64,000 nt of DNA from NCBI GenBank assembly GCA_963776245.1, contig CAVZLN010000006.1:192001-256000 (forward strand). Reading direction: 5' to 3'. The position numbers and the translations under genes are program-made. Positions 25,085 to 35,079 of the stretch are shown here, piece after piece. Source of the DNA: Candidatus Eiseniibacteriota bacterium. GTDB taxonomy: Bacteria > Eisenbacteria > RBG-16-71-46. Each line of letters opens with the position of its first letter. Within the stretch, counting starts at the first letter, position 1. Below the pieces are notes generated by a model, which saw only the letters and a list, made by a program, of their open reading frames with translations, searched no databases and was not told the origin of the DNA.

Positions 25085-25602
25085 GTCGACGGGCGGTGGG
25101 CGTGCGCGCACCCGCGTGGATGCTCCGCCACTACCGCTACGCCACCGTGCCGCTGCTCGTGCTGGGAGACGATCCCGGCGCGCGCGCGGCCGTGGCGGAG
25201 GAGTTCTGGCGAGTGGGACCGCTCCGAAGCGGTCCGTTCGTGCGCGTCGACTGCACGAGCGAAGAGAGCACGCTGGCCGCCGCGCTCGAGGACTGGCTCA
25301 CCGTCGGTCAGGACGGCCGTTCGGCCACGCGCCTGCGCGCCACTGAGCGCGGCACACTCTTCCTCGACTCGGTCGATTCGCTGTCGCCGCGGACCCAGCG
25401 CCTGCTCCTCGCGTTCGTGGACCGCTTCCTGGCGCCGGGGCTCGATGCGTCGAGCGGCGCGTGGCGCGGGCGGCTCATCGCGGGGGCCGGGACCGGACTA
25501 CGGGTCGCGGCCGACACCGGCGGCTTCTCGATCGCCTTGCTCGACGGGCTCGACAAGCTGCGGTTCGAGCCCGGGCTCCCGGGTCAGCGGGGCGCCGCGT
25601 GA
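25081..25602 (+). CDS. Degenerate stand-alone sigma54-interaction (AAA+) domain protein
   Basis: PLLVLG...GPFVRVDC and GTLFLDSVDSLSPRTQRLLL; no Walker A Lys, GAFTGA loop or HTH. Confidence 0.75.
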   Translation: MSRRAVGVRAPAWMLRHYRYATVPLLVLGDDPGARAAVAEEFWRVGPLRSGPFVRVDCTSEESTLAAALEDWLTVGQDGRSATRLRATERGTLFLDSVDSLSPRTQRLLLAFVDRFLAPGLDASSGAWRGRLIAGAGTGLRVAADTGGFSIALLDGLDKLRFEPGLPGQRGAA

Positions 25603-26399
25603 GCCACGACCTCCCCGGCGGCGGGCCCTCCCCGTCCGCATTCTCCCTGCCGGAGCCTCCGAGCCTGGCCGCCCCCGCGCATCCCACCGGCGCCCGGGCT
25701 GCCGACGGGCCCTCGGTGGTCGCCCTCGCCCACGACCTCAACAACCTCCTCCAGACCATCCAGGGATACGCCGAACTGTTGGCCGCGGGGCTGCCCCAGA
25801 ACGACCCCGGGCGCGCGCACCTCGAATCCCTGCGTGAGGCGATCGACCGTTCGGCGCGGCTCGTCAAGGGCCTGCGCAGCGCGAGCCTCCCGGTCCCGCT
25901 CGGACCTGTCCCGCTCGACCTCAACGGCTTCCTGTGGACGATGCGCCCGCTGCTCGAGCATCTGCTCGGGCCGACTGTGCACCTCGAGTTCGACCTCGGG
26001 TTCGAGTCGGCGCCGCTGGTGGTGGATCCTGACGCGCTCGAGCAGTCGGTGATGAACCTCGCGCTCAATGCACGGGACGCGATGGAGAACGGTGGGCGGC
26101 TGCGTCTCGCGACGGCCGAGATCCGGCTCGACGCCGCCGCGGCGAGTTCGATCCCCGGCGCACGGCCGGGCCCCTTCGCGCGGCTGACGATCGCGGACGA
26201 TGGCTGTGGCATGACCGACCAGACGCGCCGACGCGCGTTCGAACCGTTCTTCACCACCAAGCCGAAGGACCGCGGAAGCGGCCTCGGTCTGGCCGCGGTC
26301 CGCAGTTTCGTGGACCGCAGCGGCGGGTTCATCACCCTCGAGTCCGCTCCCGGTGAGGGCTGCCGGGTCGACCTCCATCTCCCGCAAAGCGGGCGATGA
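25599..26399 (+). CDS. Sensor-less histidine kinase (HisKA + HATPase)
   Basis: LAHDLNNLL, NLALNARDAM, DDGCGM, FEPFFTTK and GSGLGL motifs. The GTG start overlaps the previous TGA (GTGA). Confidence 0.88.
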   Translation: MSHDLPGGGPSPSAFSLPEPPSLAAPAHPTGARAADGPSVVALAHDLNNLLQTIQGYAELLAAGLPQNDPGRAHLESLREAIDRSARLVKGLRSASLPVPLGPVPLDLNGFLWTMRPLLEHLLGPTVHLEFDLGFESAPLVVDPDALEQSVMNLALNARDAMENGGRLRLATAEIRLDAAAASSIPGARPGPFARLTIADDGCGMTDQTRRRAFEPFFTTKPKDRGSGLGLAAVRSFVDRSGGFITLESAPGEGCRVDLHLPQSGR

Positions 26400-26420
26400 G
26401 TGGCCCCTCGGCTCGAATGG

Positions 26421-26452
26421 CCGCGGCCCCGGTCGATCGACCGGGGCCGCGG
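26421..26452. terminator. Perfect 32-bp palindrome between convergent genes
   Basis: CCGCGGCCCCGGTCGA|TCGACCGGGGCCGCGG. Confidence 0.6.
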
Positions 26453-26478
26453 GTGCATCGGCCGCGCGCGGGCGGCGT

Positions 26479-28125
<1,647 letters not shown>

Positions 28126-28129
<4 letters not shown>

Positions 28130-28629
28130 TCGCCCTCGACGCCAGCGTGCTCGCTTACGCGGTGAACCGCTACGCGCCCGAGCACGCGCGCGCCGCGGAA
28201 GCGCTCGAGCGGGTGGCCAACGACGAGCGCCCATGGGGGCTGCCGGTGAGCGCGGTGCACGCCTTCCTCGCGCTCGTCACGCATCCGCACCGGGTCGGGC
28301 GGCCCCTGCAGTCCGCCGAAGCCCTCGGGTTCCTCGAGGCGCTGCTGGCCAGCGCGTCGGGCCGGCTGCTCCTCCCCACCGCGCGCCACGTCGCCATGGT
28401 GCGCGAGGTGCTGGCGTTCCTGCCCCCGGGCGAGCCGGCGGCGGCCGCGCTCGAGACCGCCGTGCTGCTGCGCGAGCACGGCGTCCGCGAGGTGCTGAGC
28501 TGCGACCGGGGACTGCGCCGTTTCCCGTTCCTCGAGGTGCGCGATCCGGTGCACGACGCGGTGCGGTCCCCGCACGCGCCGCCCGAGCGTCGCTATCGGG
28601 TGCTGCGCCCGCGGGCCGCGCGCCCCTGA
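28126..28629 (+). CDS. PIN-domain VapC-like protein, active site possibly degenerate
   Basis: IALDASVLAYA, LVTHP and REHGVREVLSCDRGLRRF motifs. Confidence 0.8.
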
Positions 28630-28677
28630 CGGACCGGGCGCGCGGCCCGACTCAGGGGCGCGGGGTGGCGCCCCGAC

Positions 28678-30819
28678 TCAGGGCACGGGCTTCTTGAACG
28701 CGTCGGGGGCCACCGGCGGATCGAGCCTGAGGGCGGTCACCTTCGAGTCCATGAACGGCTTGCCATCGAGCGTCATCTTCTCGGAGCGGGGATACGAGAG
28801 CGCCCCCTCCGGCTGCCAGTCGGCGTAGACGAGGGTCACCTTCGCCGGCCCGCCCTGCGGGCCCTCCCCGACGTACTCCGAGCGCGTCAGCCGGCCGTCC
28901 GGACCGAAGAACAGCATCCAGTCGGTCACCAGCTCGCTCTTCACCAGCACCACGTCGAGACGCACGCCGTCGACGGTCTGCGCCTCGGGCAGGGCCTGCA
29001 GCGTCAGGTCCTGTCCATGGCCGAAGAGGCGGAACAGCGACCGCTCCCACTCCCGTTTCATCTCCGTCACCATGCGCGGCTGGTCCTGCACCTGGCCCAT
29101 CGCGGCCATCCAGGCCGACGTGCCGTCGCAACCCTGCTTGAGCTCCATCATCGGCAGCTTCTGCGTGCTCACCTGCCGGTCGGGGAACTGCCAGAGGACG
29201 CTTCCCTGCACGCTCAGGCTCTGGCCCTGGACCTCCACCGTCGCCTGCTGCTCGATGGCCACGGCCTTGACCGCGCCCCATGCCGCGGCGCCTCCGGCTC
29301 CCGCGGCGGCGCGCTCGAGCCGGGCACGCCCCTGAGCCATGGCCTCGGGCGTCGCCTCGCCCGCCGCCACCTTCGACGGCGGCGGCGGGATGGCGATGTC
29401 CACGCGCTCGACCGGCAGCCCCGCGGACTCGAGCGGACGCTCGAAGTCCTTCTCCTTGCCCACCAGCACCGCGCTCAGCGCCTCGGGATGCACCTTGCGC
29501 TTCGCCGCCTCGAGCATCGAGGCCGGAGTCACGGCGCTGAGCGCCCTCTGGTAGCGGCTCAGGAAGTCGAGCGGATATCCCTTCACCTGGTAGTAGGCGG
29601 CGCGGAACAGCACCGCCGACGGCTCCTCGAAGTTGAAGACGAAGGCGTTCTGCACCGCGTCCTTCGCCACCGCGAACTCGGCGTCGGTGAAGGGCTCGCG
29701 CACCGAGCGCGCCACCTCCTCGCGCAGCAGGTCGAGCGCCGTGAGCGCGGAGTCGTTCCGCGTCAGGGTGTACGCGAAGAACACGCCGGGGCGCTGGAAG
29801 TCGGCGCCCGCGCGCGCGCCCGCGCTGTAGGCGAGTCCGCGCTGCGTGCGGATGCGGTTGATGAGCCGCGACGCGAACCCGCCGCCCAGCGCGTTCTCGT
29901 ACACCTGCATCGCGGCGTAGTCGGGATCGTCGACGCGGTGTCCGAGGTGGGTCAGCAGGATCCCGGTCTGGGTCACGTCGTCCTTGGGCGCGAACAGCAG
30001 CCGCCGTGGCTGCTCCCCGGCCACCGGCGGCAGCGCCGGCACCGGCGTGCCGCTCTTCTTCCAGTCCGCGAGGGCGGCGGTCAGCTGGCGCTTCATGTCC
30101 GCGCTGCGGAAGTCCCCGTACACCGCGATCACCGTGCGCTCGGGCACGAACACGCGCGCGTGCAGCTTCGCGCAGTCCTCCCGGGTGATGGGCTCGATGG
30201 TGGCGTACTCCGGGATGCGCGCCCACGGGCTGCCCTTGCCGTAGACCGCCTGGCTGGCGACCCGATTCAGCACCGGGATCATCTCGTCATTGCGACTGGC
30301 GATGGACTGGCGCAGTCCCACCTTGGCCAGCTCGATCTTGTCCTCGGGGAACACCGGCCGGCGCAGCACGTCGGCGAACAGCCCCACCACCTCGGCGGTG
30401 TTCTCGGTCAGGCAGCGGAAGCCGCCGTAACCGAGGTCGCCCGAGAGCGACGTGGAGACCGAGGCCCCGAGCGCGGCCAGATGGTCGTCGAGCGCGTCGC
30501 CGGCATGCGCGGCGGTCCCGCCGCTGCGCATCACCTCACCCGTGACGCTGGCGAGCCCGGCCCGGTCGTCGGGGACCAGCAGCGGGCTCGACGGGAGGTA
30601 CGCGGTGCCCTGGACCACCGGCAGGGTGTGGTCCTCGAGCAGGAACACCACCACGCCATTGGGCAGCGTGATCCGTTCCGGCGTGACCGTCTTCACCGCG
30701 CGCAGCGGCGGCGTGACGAGGCGCCGGGGATCGAAGCGCGAGTCCTCGGAGCGCGCGGCCGGCGCGGCCACGAGGGTGGCGGCGATCGCCACCAGCAGTG
30801 TGAGTCGTGCGGTCGTCAT
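28678..30819 (-). CDS. M16B peptidase non-catalytic subunit with an extra C-terminal domain of about 230 aa
   Basis: LPNG..VFLLEDHTLP; no HxxEH; SRLINRIRTQRGLAYS; beta-rich C-terminal extension. Confidence 0.88.
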   Translation of the reverse strand: MTTARLTLLVAIAATLVAAPAARSEDSRFDPRRLVTPPLRAVKTVTPERITLPNGVVVFLLEDHTLPVVQGTAYLPSSPLLVPDDRAGLASVTGEVMRSGGTAAHAGDALDDHLAALGASVSTSLSGDLGYGGFRCLTENTAEVVGLFADVLRRPVFPEDKIELAKVGLRQSIASRNDEMIPVLNRVASQAVYGKGSPWARIPEYATIEPITREDCAKLHARVFVPERTVIAVYGDFRSADMKRQLTAALADWKKSGTPVPALPPVAGEQPRRLLFAPKDDVTQTGILLTHLGHRVDDPDYAAMQVYENALGGGFASRLINRIRTQRGLAYSAGARAGADFQRPGVFFAYTLTRNDSALTALDLLREEVARSVREPFTDAEFAVAKDAVQNAFVFNFEEPSAVLFRAAYYQVKGYPLDFLSRYQRALSAVTPASMLEAAKRKVHPEALSAVLVGKEKDFERPLESAGLPVERVDIAIPPPPSKVAAGEATPEAMAQGRARLERAAAGAGGAAAWGAVKAVAIEQQATVEVQGQSLSVQGSVLWQFPDRQVSTQKLPMMELKQGCDGTSAWMAAMGQVQDQPRMVTEMKREWERSLFRLFGHGQDLTLQALPEAQTVDGVRLDVVLVKSELVTDWMLFFGPDGRLTRSEYVGEGPQGGPAKVTLVYADWQPEGALSYPRSEKMTLDGKPFMDSKVTALRLDPPVAPDAFKKPVP

Positions 30820-30820
30820 G

Positions 30821-32410
30821 TCAGCGCCCTCCCTGAGCGGCGGCTTGCGCCGGGGGACTCACGATCAGCGCGACGGTGCGATTGGTGCGCACCAGCGAAC
30901 GCGCCATGGCGGCGCGGAGGTCGTCGAGCGTGAGCGCCTGGACGCGCTCCTGCTCGCGGAAGAACGCATGCCAGTCGCCGGCCAGCGTCTGCGCGACCGC
31001 CAGCTCCGACGCCAGCCGGGCGCTGTTCTCGGCGGCATCGATCTTCTGGGCGCGCACCCGCACCTTGTAGCCGGCCAGCTCCTCGGCGGTGAAGGGCTTC
31101 GTCGACGACACCTCGTCGAGCACCGCGTAGGCCGCCTTCTCCACCGCCTCCGGGTCCTGGCCGGACGCCGGGACCAGCAGGAGGCCGAACAGGGTCGGGT
31201 ACTTCTCCCCGGGGAACCCCGCGATGGCGCTGGCCTGGACCGCGATCTTCTTCTCCTTCACCAGCGTCTTCTGCATCCGCGCGTGGTCTCCGCCGCCCAG
31301 CAGATCGGCGAGCGCCTTGTAGGCCGCGTAACTCGGATCGGTGACCGCCGGGATGTGCCAGCCGATGACCACCATCGGCTGCGCCGGGTCCTCGAGATAG
31401 ACGCGGCGCTCCGCCTTCTGCTCGGGTTCCACCGTGTCGATCCCCGGAGGCATCGGACCGGCCGGGATGTCCGCGAAGTAGCGCTCCGCGAGGGCGCGCA
31501 GCTCGTCGCGGCTCACGTCGCCCACCACCGCCACCGTCATGTTGGGCGCGACGTAGTAGCGCTTGAAGAACGCGTCGCCCTCGGTGCGGCTGAACGAGGC
31601 CAGGTCGGAGGCGAAGCCGATCCCGCCGAACCCGTACGGATGGGCGACGTAGGCGGCGTGGATGAACTCCTCGATCAGGCGGCCGATCGGCGAGGACTCG
31701 GCCCGCATGCGGCGCTCCTCCACCACCACCTCGCGTTCCTTGTAGAACTCACGGAACACCGGGTGCGCCATCCGACTGCCTTCCATCACGGCCCAAAGCT
31801 CGGCGCGGTTGGATGGGATCGAGTACTGGTAGCCGGTGAAGTCGCTGGCGGTGAACGCATTCAGGTCCTTCGCCCCCGCCTGCTCGAGCACGCGCGAGAA
31901 CTCGTTGGACTCCACCGTGGCCCGCGCGGCCTCCTGCGCGGCCGCGAACCCCGTCTGCAGTCCGCGCAGCCGGGCCGAGTCCGCGCGCGCGCCCTTGCGG
32001 CGCTCGTCGAGCAGCGCCTGCCATGCCCGCTCCTCGGCCTCGAGCAGCGGCCCCTCGCCCTTCGCGTCCTTGGTGCCGACCCAGGGCGTCCCCTTGAACG
32101 CCATGTGCTCCATCATGTGGGCGATCCCGGTGGTGCCCACCTGGTCGTTCGCGGAGCCGGCGTTGACGATGGTCTGGAACGACATCACCGGCGCGTCGTG
32201 GCGCTCGACCAGCAGGAACCGGAGGCCGTTCGGAAGCACGAACTCCTGCACCTGCTTCTCGACGCGCTCGAGCCCGGTGCGCAGGGGAGCCGGGGCCGGG
32301 GCCTTCGCGAGCGCGGGACGGGCGGCGCTGGCCGGAGGCGCGACGATCGCGAGCGCGCACCCCACGGCCGCGAGCCGGGCGAACCGCGCGCCCGCATGGA
32401 GACGAGACAT
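30821..32410 (-). CDS. M16B peptidase, catalytic subunit, exported
   Basis: HMMEH, NAFT and EERR motifs; signal peptide; GGAGGG RBS. Confidence 0.92.
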   Translation of the reverse strand: MSRLHAGARFARLAAVGCALAIVAPPASAARPALAKAPAPAPLRTGLERVEKQVQEFVLPNGLRFLLVERHDAPVMSFQTIVNAGSANDQVGTTGIAHMMEHMAFKGTPWVGTKDAKGEGPLLEAEERAWQALLDERRKGARADSARLRGLQTGFAAAQEAARATVESNEFSRVLEQAGAKDLNAFTASDFTGYQYSIPSNRAELWAVMEGSRMAHPVFREFYKEREVVVEERRMRAESSPIGRLIEEFIHAAYVAHPYGFGGIGFASDLASFSRTEGDAFFKRYYVAPNMTVAVVGDVSRDELRALAERYFADIPAGPMPPGIDTVEPEQKAERRVYLEDPAQPMVVIGWHIPAVTDPSYAAYKALADLLGGGDHARMQKTLVKEKKIAVQASAIAGFPGEKYPTLFGLLLVPASGQDPEAVEKAAYAVLDEVSSTKPFTAEELAGYKVRVRAQKIDAAENSARLASELAVAQTLAGDWHAFFREQERVQALTLDDLRAAMARSLVRTNRTVALIVSPPAQAAAQGGR

Positions 32411-32499
32411 GGATCCCTCCTGTTCCGGATGTTCGGTGCGACGGGACGCGGCGCACTCTGCCACAGGAGGACACGGCAGGGAAGGACGGCGCCGGGCGG

Positions 32500-33956
32500 T
32501 GCTGTTCCGCAGTGAATGTGACACCCCCTAACGCCGCAGTGAACATGACACCCATGGGACGACTACTGATGGGAGTCAGGGACGCGGTGCGATGGGCGGC
32601 GGTGCGGGAAGCGGCCGCGGGACGGATCACCAACCAGGAGGGGATGCGGCGGACCGGTCTGAAGCGAAGCCAGTTCCTGCGCTACAAGCGGCGCTACCGG
32701 CGGCTCGGTCCCGCGGGGCTGCTCCATGGCAACCGTGGCCGCCCCTCGCCGCGCCGGACCAGCGCGGCGACCCGGCAACGGGTGGTGGCGATGCTCGAAC
32801 ATGAGGTGGTGCTGAACGACTGCCACATCCGCGACCTGCTGAAGGCGGACGGCGTGGGGGTGAGCGCGGACACCATCCGGCGCCTCCGCCTCGGGCTGGG
32901 ACGTCCCGCCAAGCAGCGCCGCCGGCCGCGCCAGCATCGCCGCCGCCGCGAACGCGAGGCGCAGATGGGGACGATGGCGCTGGTGGATGGCAGCCAGTTC
33001 CACTGGGTCGGTCAGGACGCGGGCGCCCTGACGCTGGTGGGAGCGGTCGACGATGCGACCGGGCAGATCCTCGCCCTCACCTTCCGCCCCACCGAGGATC
33101 TGCACGGGTACACGGTGGTCCTGCAGCGGATCATCGCCCGCTTCGGCGTGCCCTGGACCCTCTACGGCGACCGCACCGGTATCATCGTGCGCAACGACCG
33201 GCACTGGACCCGCGAGGAGGAACTGGAGGGCCGCCAGCGCCCCTCGCACTTCGGCCAGATGCTCGAGGAGCTGGGCATCCGCTACATCGCCGCGCTCTCA
33301 CCCCAGGCCAAGGGCCGCATCGAGCGCCTCTGGCGCACGCTCCAGGACCGCCTCGCCGCCGAGCTGGCGCTGGCCGGGATCCACACCGCCGCCGCTGCCG
33401 AAGCGTTCCTGCCCGACTTCATCGCGCGCTACAACGCGTGCTTCGGCCACCCGCCGCGCCAGGCACCGGGCGCCTGGCGCAAGGCCCCGCGCGACCTCGA
33501 CCGCATCCTCGCCTGCCGCTACCCGCGCGTCGTGCGCCTCGACAACACCGTCGTGCTCGCCGGCGAGCTGCTGCAGATCCCCCCGGGTGCCTACGGCAGA
33601 TCCTCCGCCCGCTGCCGCGTCGAGGTCCGTGAACTGCTCGATGGTCGCCGGCTGGTGCTCTTTCAGCAGCACCTGCTGCTCGAATGTCCCGCTGCCGCTG
33701 GCCCCTTCGAACTCGTGCCTCGCAGCAGTGCCCGGGAGCGCTATCGCGAGGCCGAAGTCGCCCGCCGCACCGCCGCACCCCCGCACCCCCCCAAGCACGT
33801 GCGCGGGACGCCCGCCTACCTCGCCAGCATCAAGCCCGCGGCGGATCATCCGTTCCGTCGCTCCTACAAGACCCCAACCCAGCGACGAAAGGAGGAAGCC
33901 CCAGGGGTGTCACTTTCACTGCGGCGTTAGGGTGTCCTTTTCACTGCGGTGCTACA
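32500..33956 (+). mobile_element. Insertion sequence, IS1202-family-like (ISNCY), 1457 bp, with a 16-bp target site duplication
   Basis: Ends TGCTGTTCCGCAGTGAA... and ...TTCACTGCGGTGCTACA. Direct repeat GGACGGCGCCGGGCGG at 32484-32499 and 33957-33972. Two 20-bp subterminal repeats at each end. Confidence 0.92.
32545..33930 (+). CDS. DDE transposase (IS481/IS1202 type); start uncertain between 32539 and 32569
   Basis: HTH plus LLHGNRGR, VDGSQFHW, VDDATG, LYGDRTG and PQAKGRIERLWRTLQDRL motifs. Confidence 0.92.
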   Translation: MTPMGRLLMGVRDAVRWAAVREAAAGRITNQEGMRRTGLKRSQFLRYKRRYRRLGPAGLLHGNRGRPSPRRTSAATRQRVVAMLEHEVVLNDCHIRDLLKADGVGVSADTIRRLRLGLGRPAKQRRRPRQHRRRREREAQMGTMALVDGSQFHWVGQDAGALTLVGAVDDATGQILALTFRPTEDLHGYTVVLQRIIARFGVPWTLYGDRTGIIVRNDRHWTREEELEGRQRPSHFGQMLEELGIRYIAALSPQAKGRIERLWRTLQDRLAAELALAGIHTAAAAEAFLPDFIARYNACFGHPPRQAPGAWRKAPRDLDRILACRYPRVVRLDNTVVLAGELLQIPPGAYGRSSARCRVEVRELLDGRRLVLFQQHLLLECPAAAGPFELVPRSSARERYREAEVARRTAAPPHPPKHVRGTPAYLASIKPAADHPFRRSYKTPTQRRKEEAPGVSLSLRR

Positions 33957-34002
33957 GGACGGCGCCGGGCGGGTGCCGGGCGGGCGCGGAGGAGCCGGAC
34001 GA

Positions 34003-35079
34003 TCAGCGCGCGCCCCGGGCCCCCCACTCCGCCAGGCGCGCCTTGAACGCGTCGATGCTGGCGATCGGCGTCGGGTCGACGCCGTTCAGCAGGGCGAGGT
34101 AGAAGCTCAGCCAGTCCCCGTACTGCACCAGGGAGGCGGCGCGCGCCAGCCGCCCGTCGCCCTCGCCCCGCAGCTCGTGCACCGCCCCGCCCTGGCGCGC
34201 CACGTACTCGGCGGTCAGCGTGAGCCGCGTCCTCACCTCGGGGGCGTCCTCGGGGTCGTGCAGGAACAGCGCGGCGATCGGCGCCTGCGCGGCGCCCGGG
34301 TTCTCCCAGCCCACGATCTCGTTGTGATTCAGCTCGGGGACCAGCGCCGAGTGGCTGAGCAGCTTGGCGTTCTCGTTGAGCTGGTTGCGGAACCGCGTCG
34401 CCACCGGACCGACGCGCTCGGAGGCCGCATACACGAACAGCAGCCGGCCGACGAGCGCGCGTGCCATCTGCTTGCACGGGTTCAGCGCCTCGGGCACCTG
34501 CGGTCCGATGCGCGCGTGCTGCGCCCGCATCACCGCCGCGGCCTCCCGCCACGCGGGCTCCGGAGGGTCGATCCATCCGAGCGAGGCGAGCAGTCCGGTG
34601 AGCGGCACCCACGCCGTGAACAGCGCCGCGCGCGGCGGCGAGCCCCCGGGCAGGCGCGCGGCGTGCACGCCATCGCGGGCGCACGCCGCGGCGAGCGCCC
34701 CGCCGGTCGTCATCGCCACGCGCGGGATGCCGCGGCGGCCAGCGTCCTCGTAGAGCGCCAGCGTCTCCTCGGTGCCCCCGGAGTACGAGCACAGCAGCGC
34801 GAGGGCGCCGCGGTCCACGCACGCCGGCCAGCGGTACTCGCGCACCACCAGCATGGGTCGCGGCAGACGGTCGAACCACAGCCCGGCGCACAGGTCGGCG
34901 GCCATCGCCGAGCCCCCCATCGCCCCCACCGCCAACAGCGACGGCTCGGACGCCGGCACCCGCCAGGGTCCCGCGGCGAGCGCGGCGAGCGCGGCGTCGA
35001 CGTTCTCCGGGATGGCGCTGATGCGTCCCGCCATCTCGAAGCGGTCCGCGTCGCCGTAGGGCAGATCGAGCCTGAGCAT
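34003..35079 (-). CDS. Bifunctional phosphoglucose/phosphomannose isomerase (SIS)
   Basis: MGGSA, SYSGGTEET, QLNENAK and PELNHNEIVGW motifs. Confidence 0.92.
   Translation of the reverse strand: MLRLDLPYGDADRFEMAGRISAIPENVDAALAALAAGPWRVPASEPSLLAVGAMGGSAMAADLCAGLWFDRLPRPMLVVREYRWPACVDRGALALLCSYSGGTEETLALYEDAGRRGIPRVAMTTGGALAAACARDGVHAARLPGGSPPRAALFTAWVPLTGLLASLGWIDPPEPAWREAAAVMRAQHARIGPQVPEALNPCKQMARALVGRLLFVYAASERVGPVATRFRNQLNENAKLLSHSALVPELNHNEIVGWENPGAAQAPIAALFLHDPEDAPEVRTRLTLTAEYVARQGGAVHELRGEGDGRLARAASLVQYGDWLSFYLALLNGVDPTPIASIDAFKARLAEWGARGAR

Noticed and set aside
32507..32553. CRISPR-like tandem repeat
   Set aside because: These are the subterminal repeats of the IS, mirrored at its other end.
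32470..33990. IS targeting of a dif/Xer site
   Set aside because: The flanks are GC-rich with no XerC/XerD-like arms, and the 16-bp duplication does not fit the short-duplication Xer-targeting subgroup.
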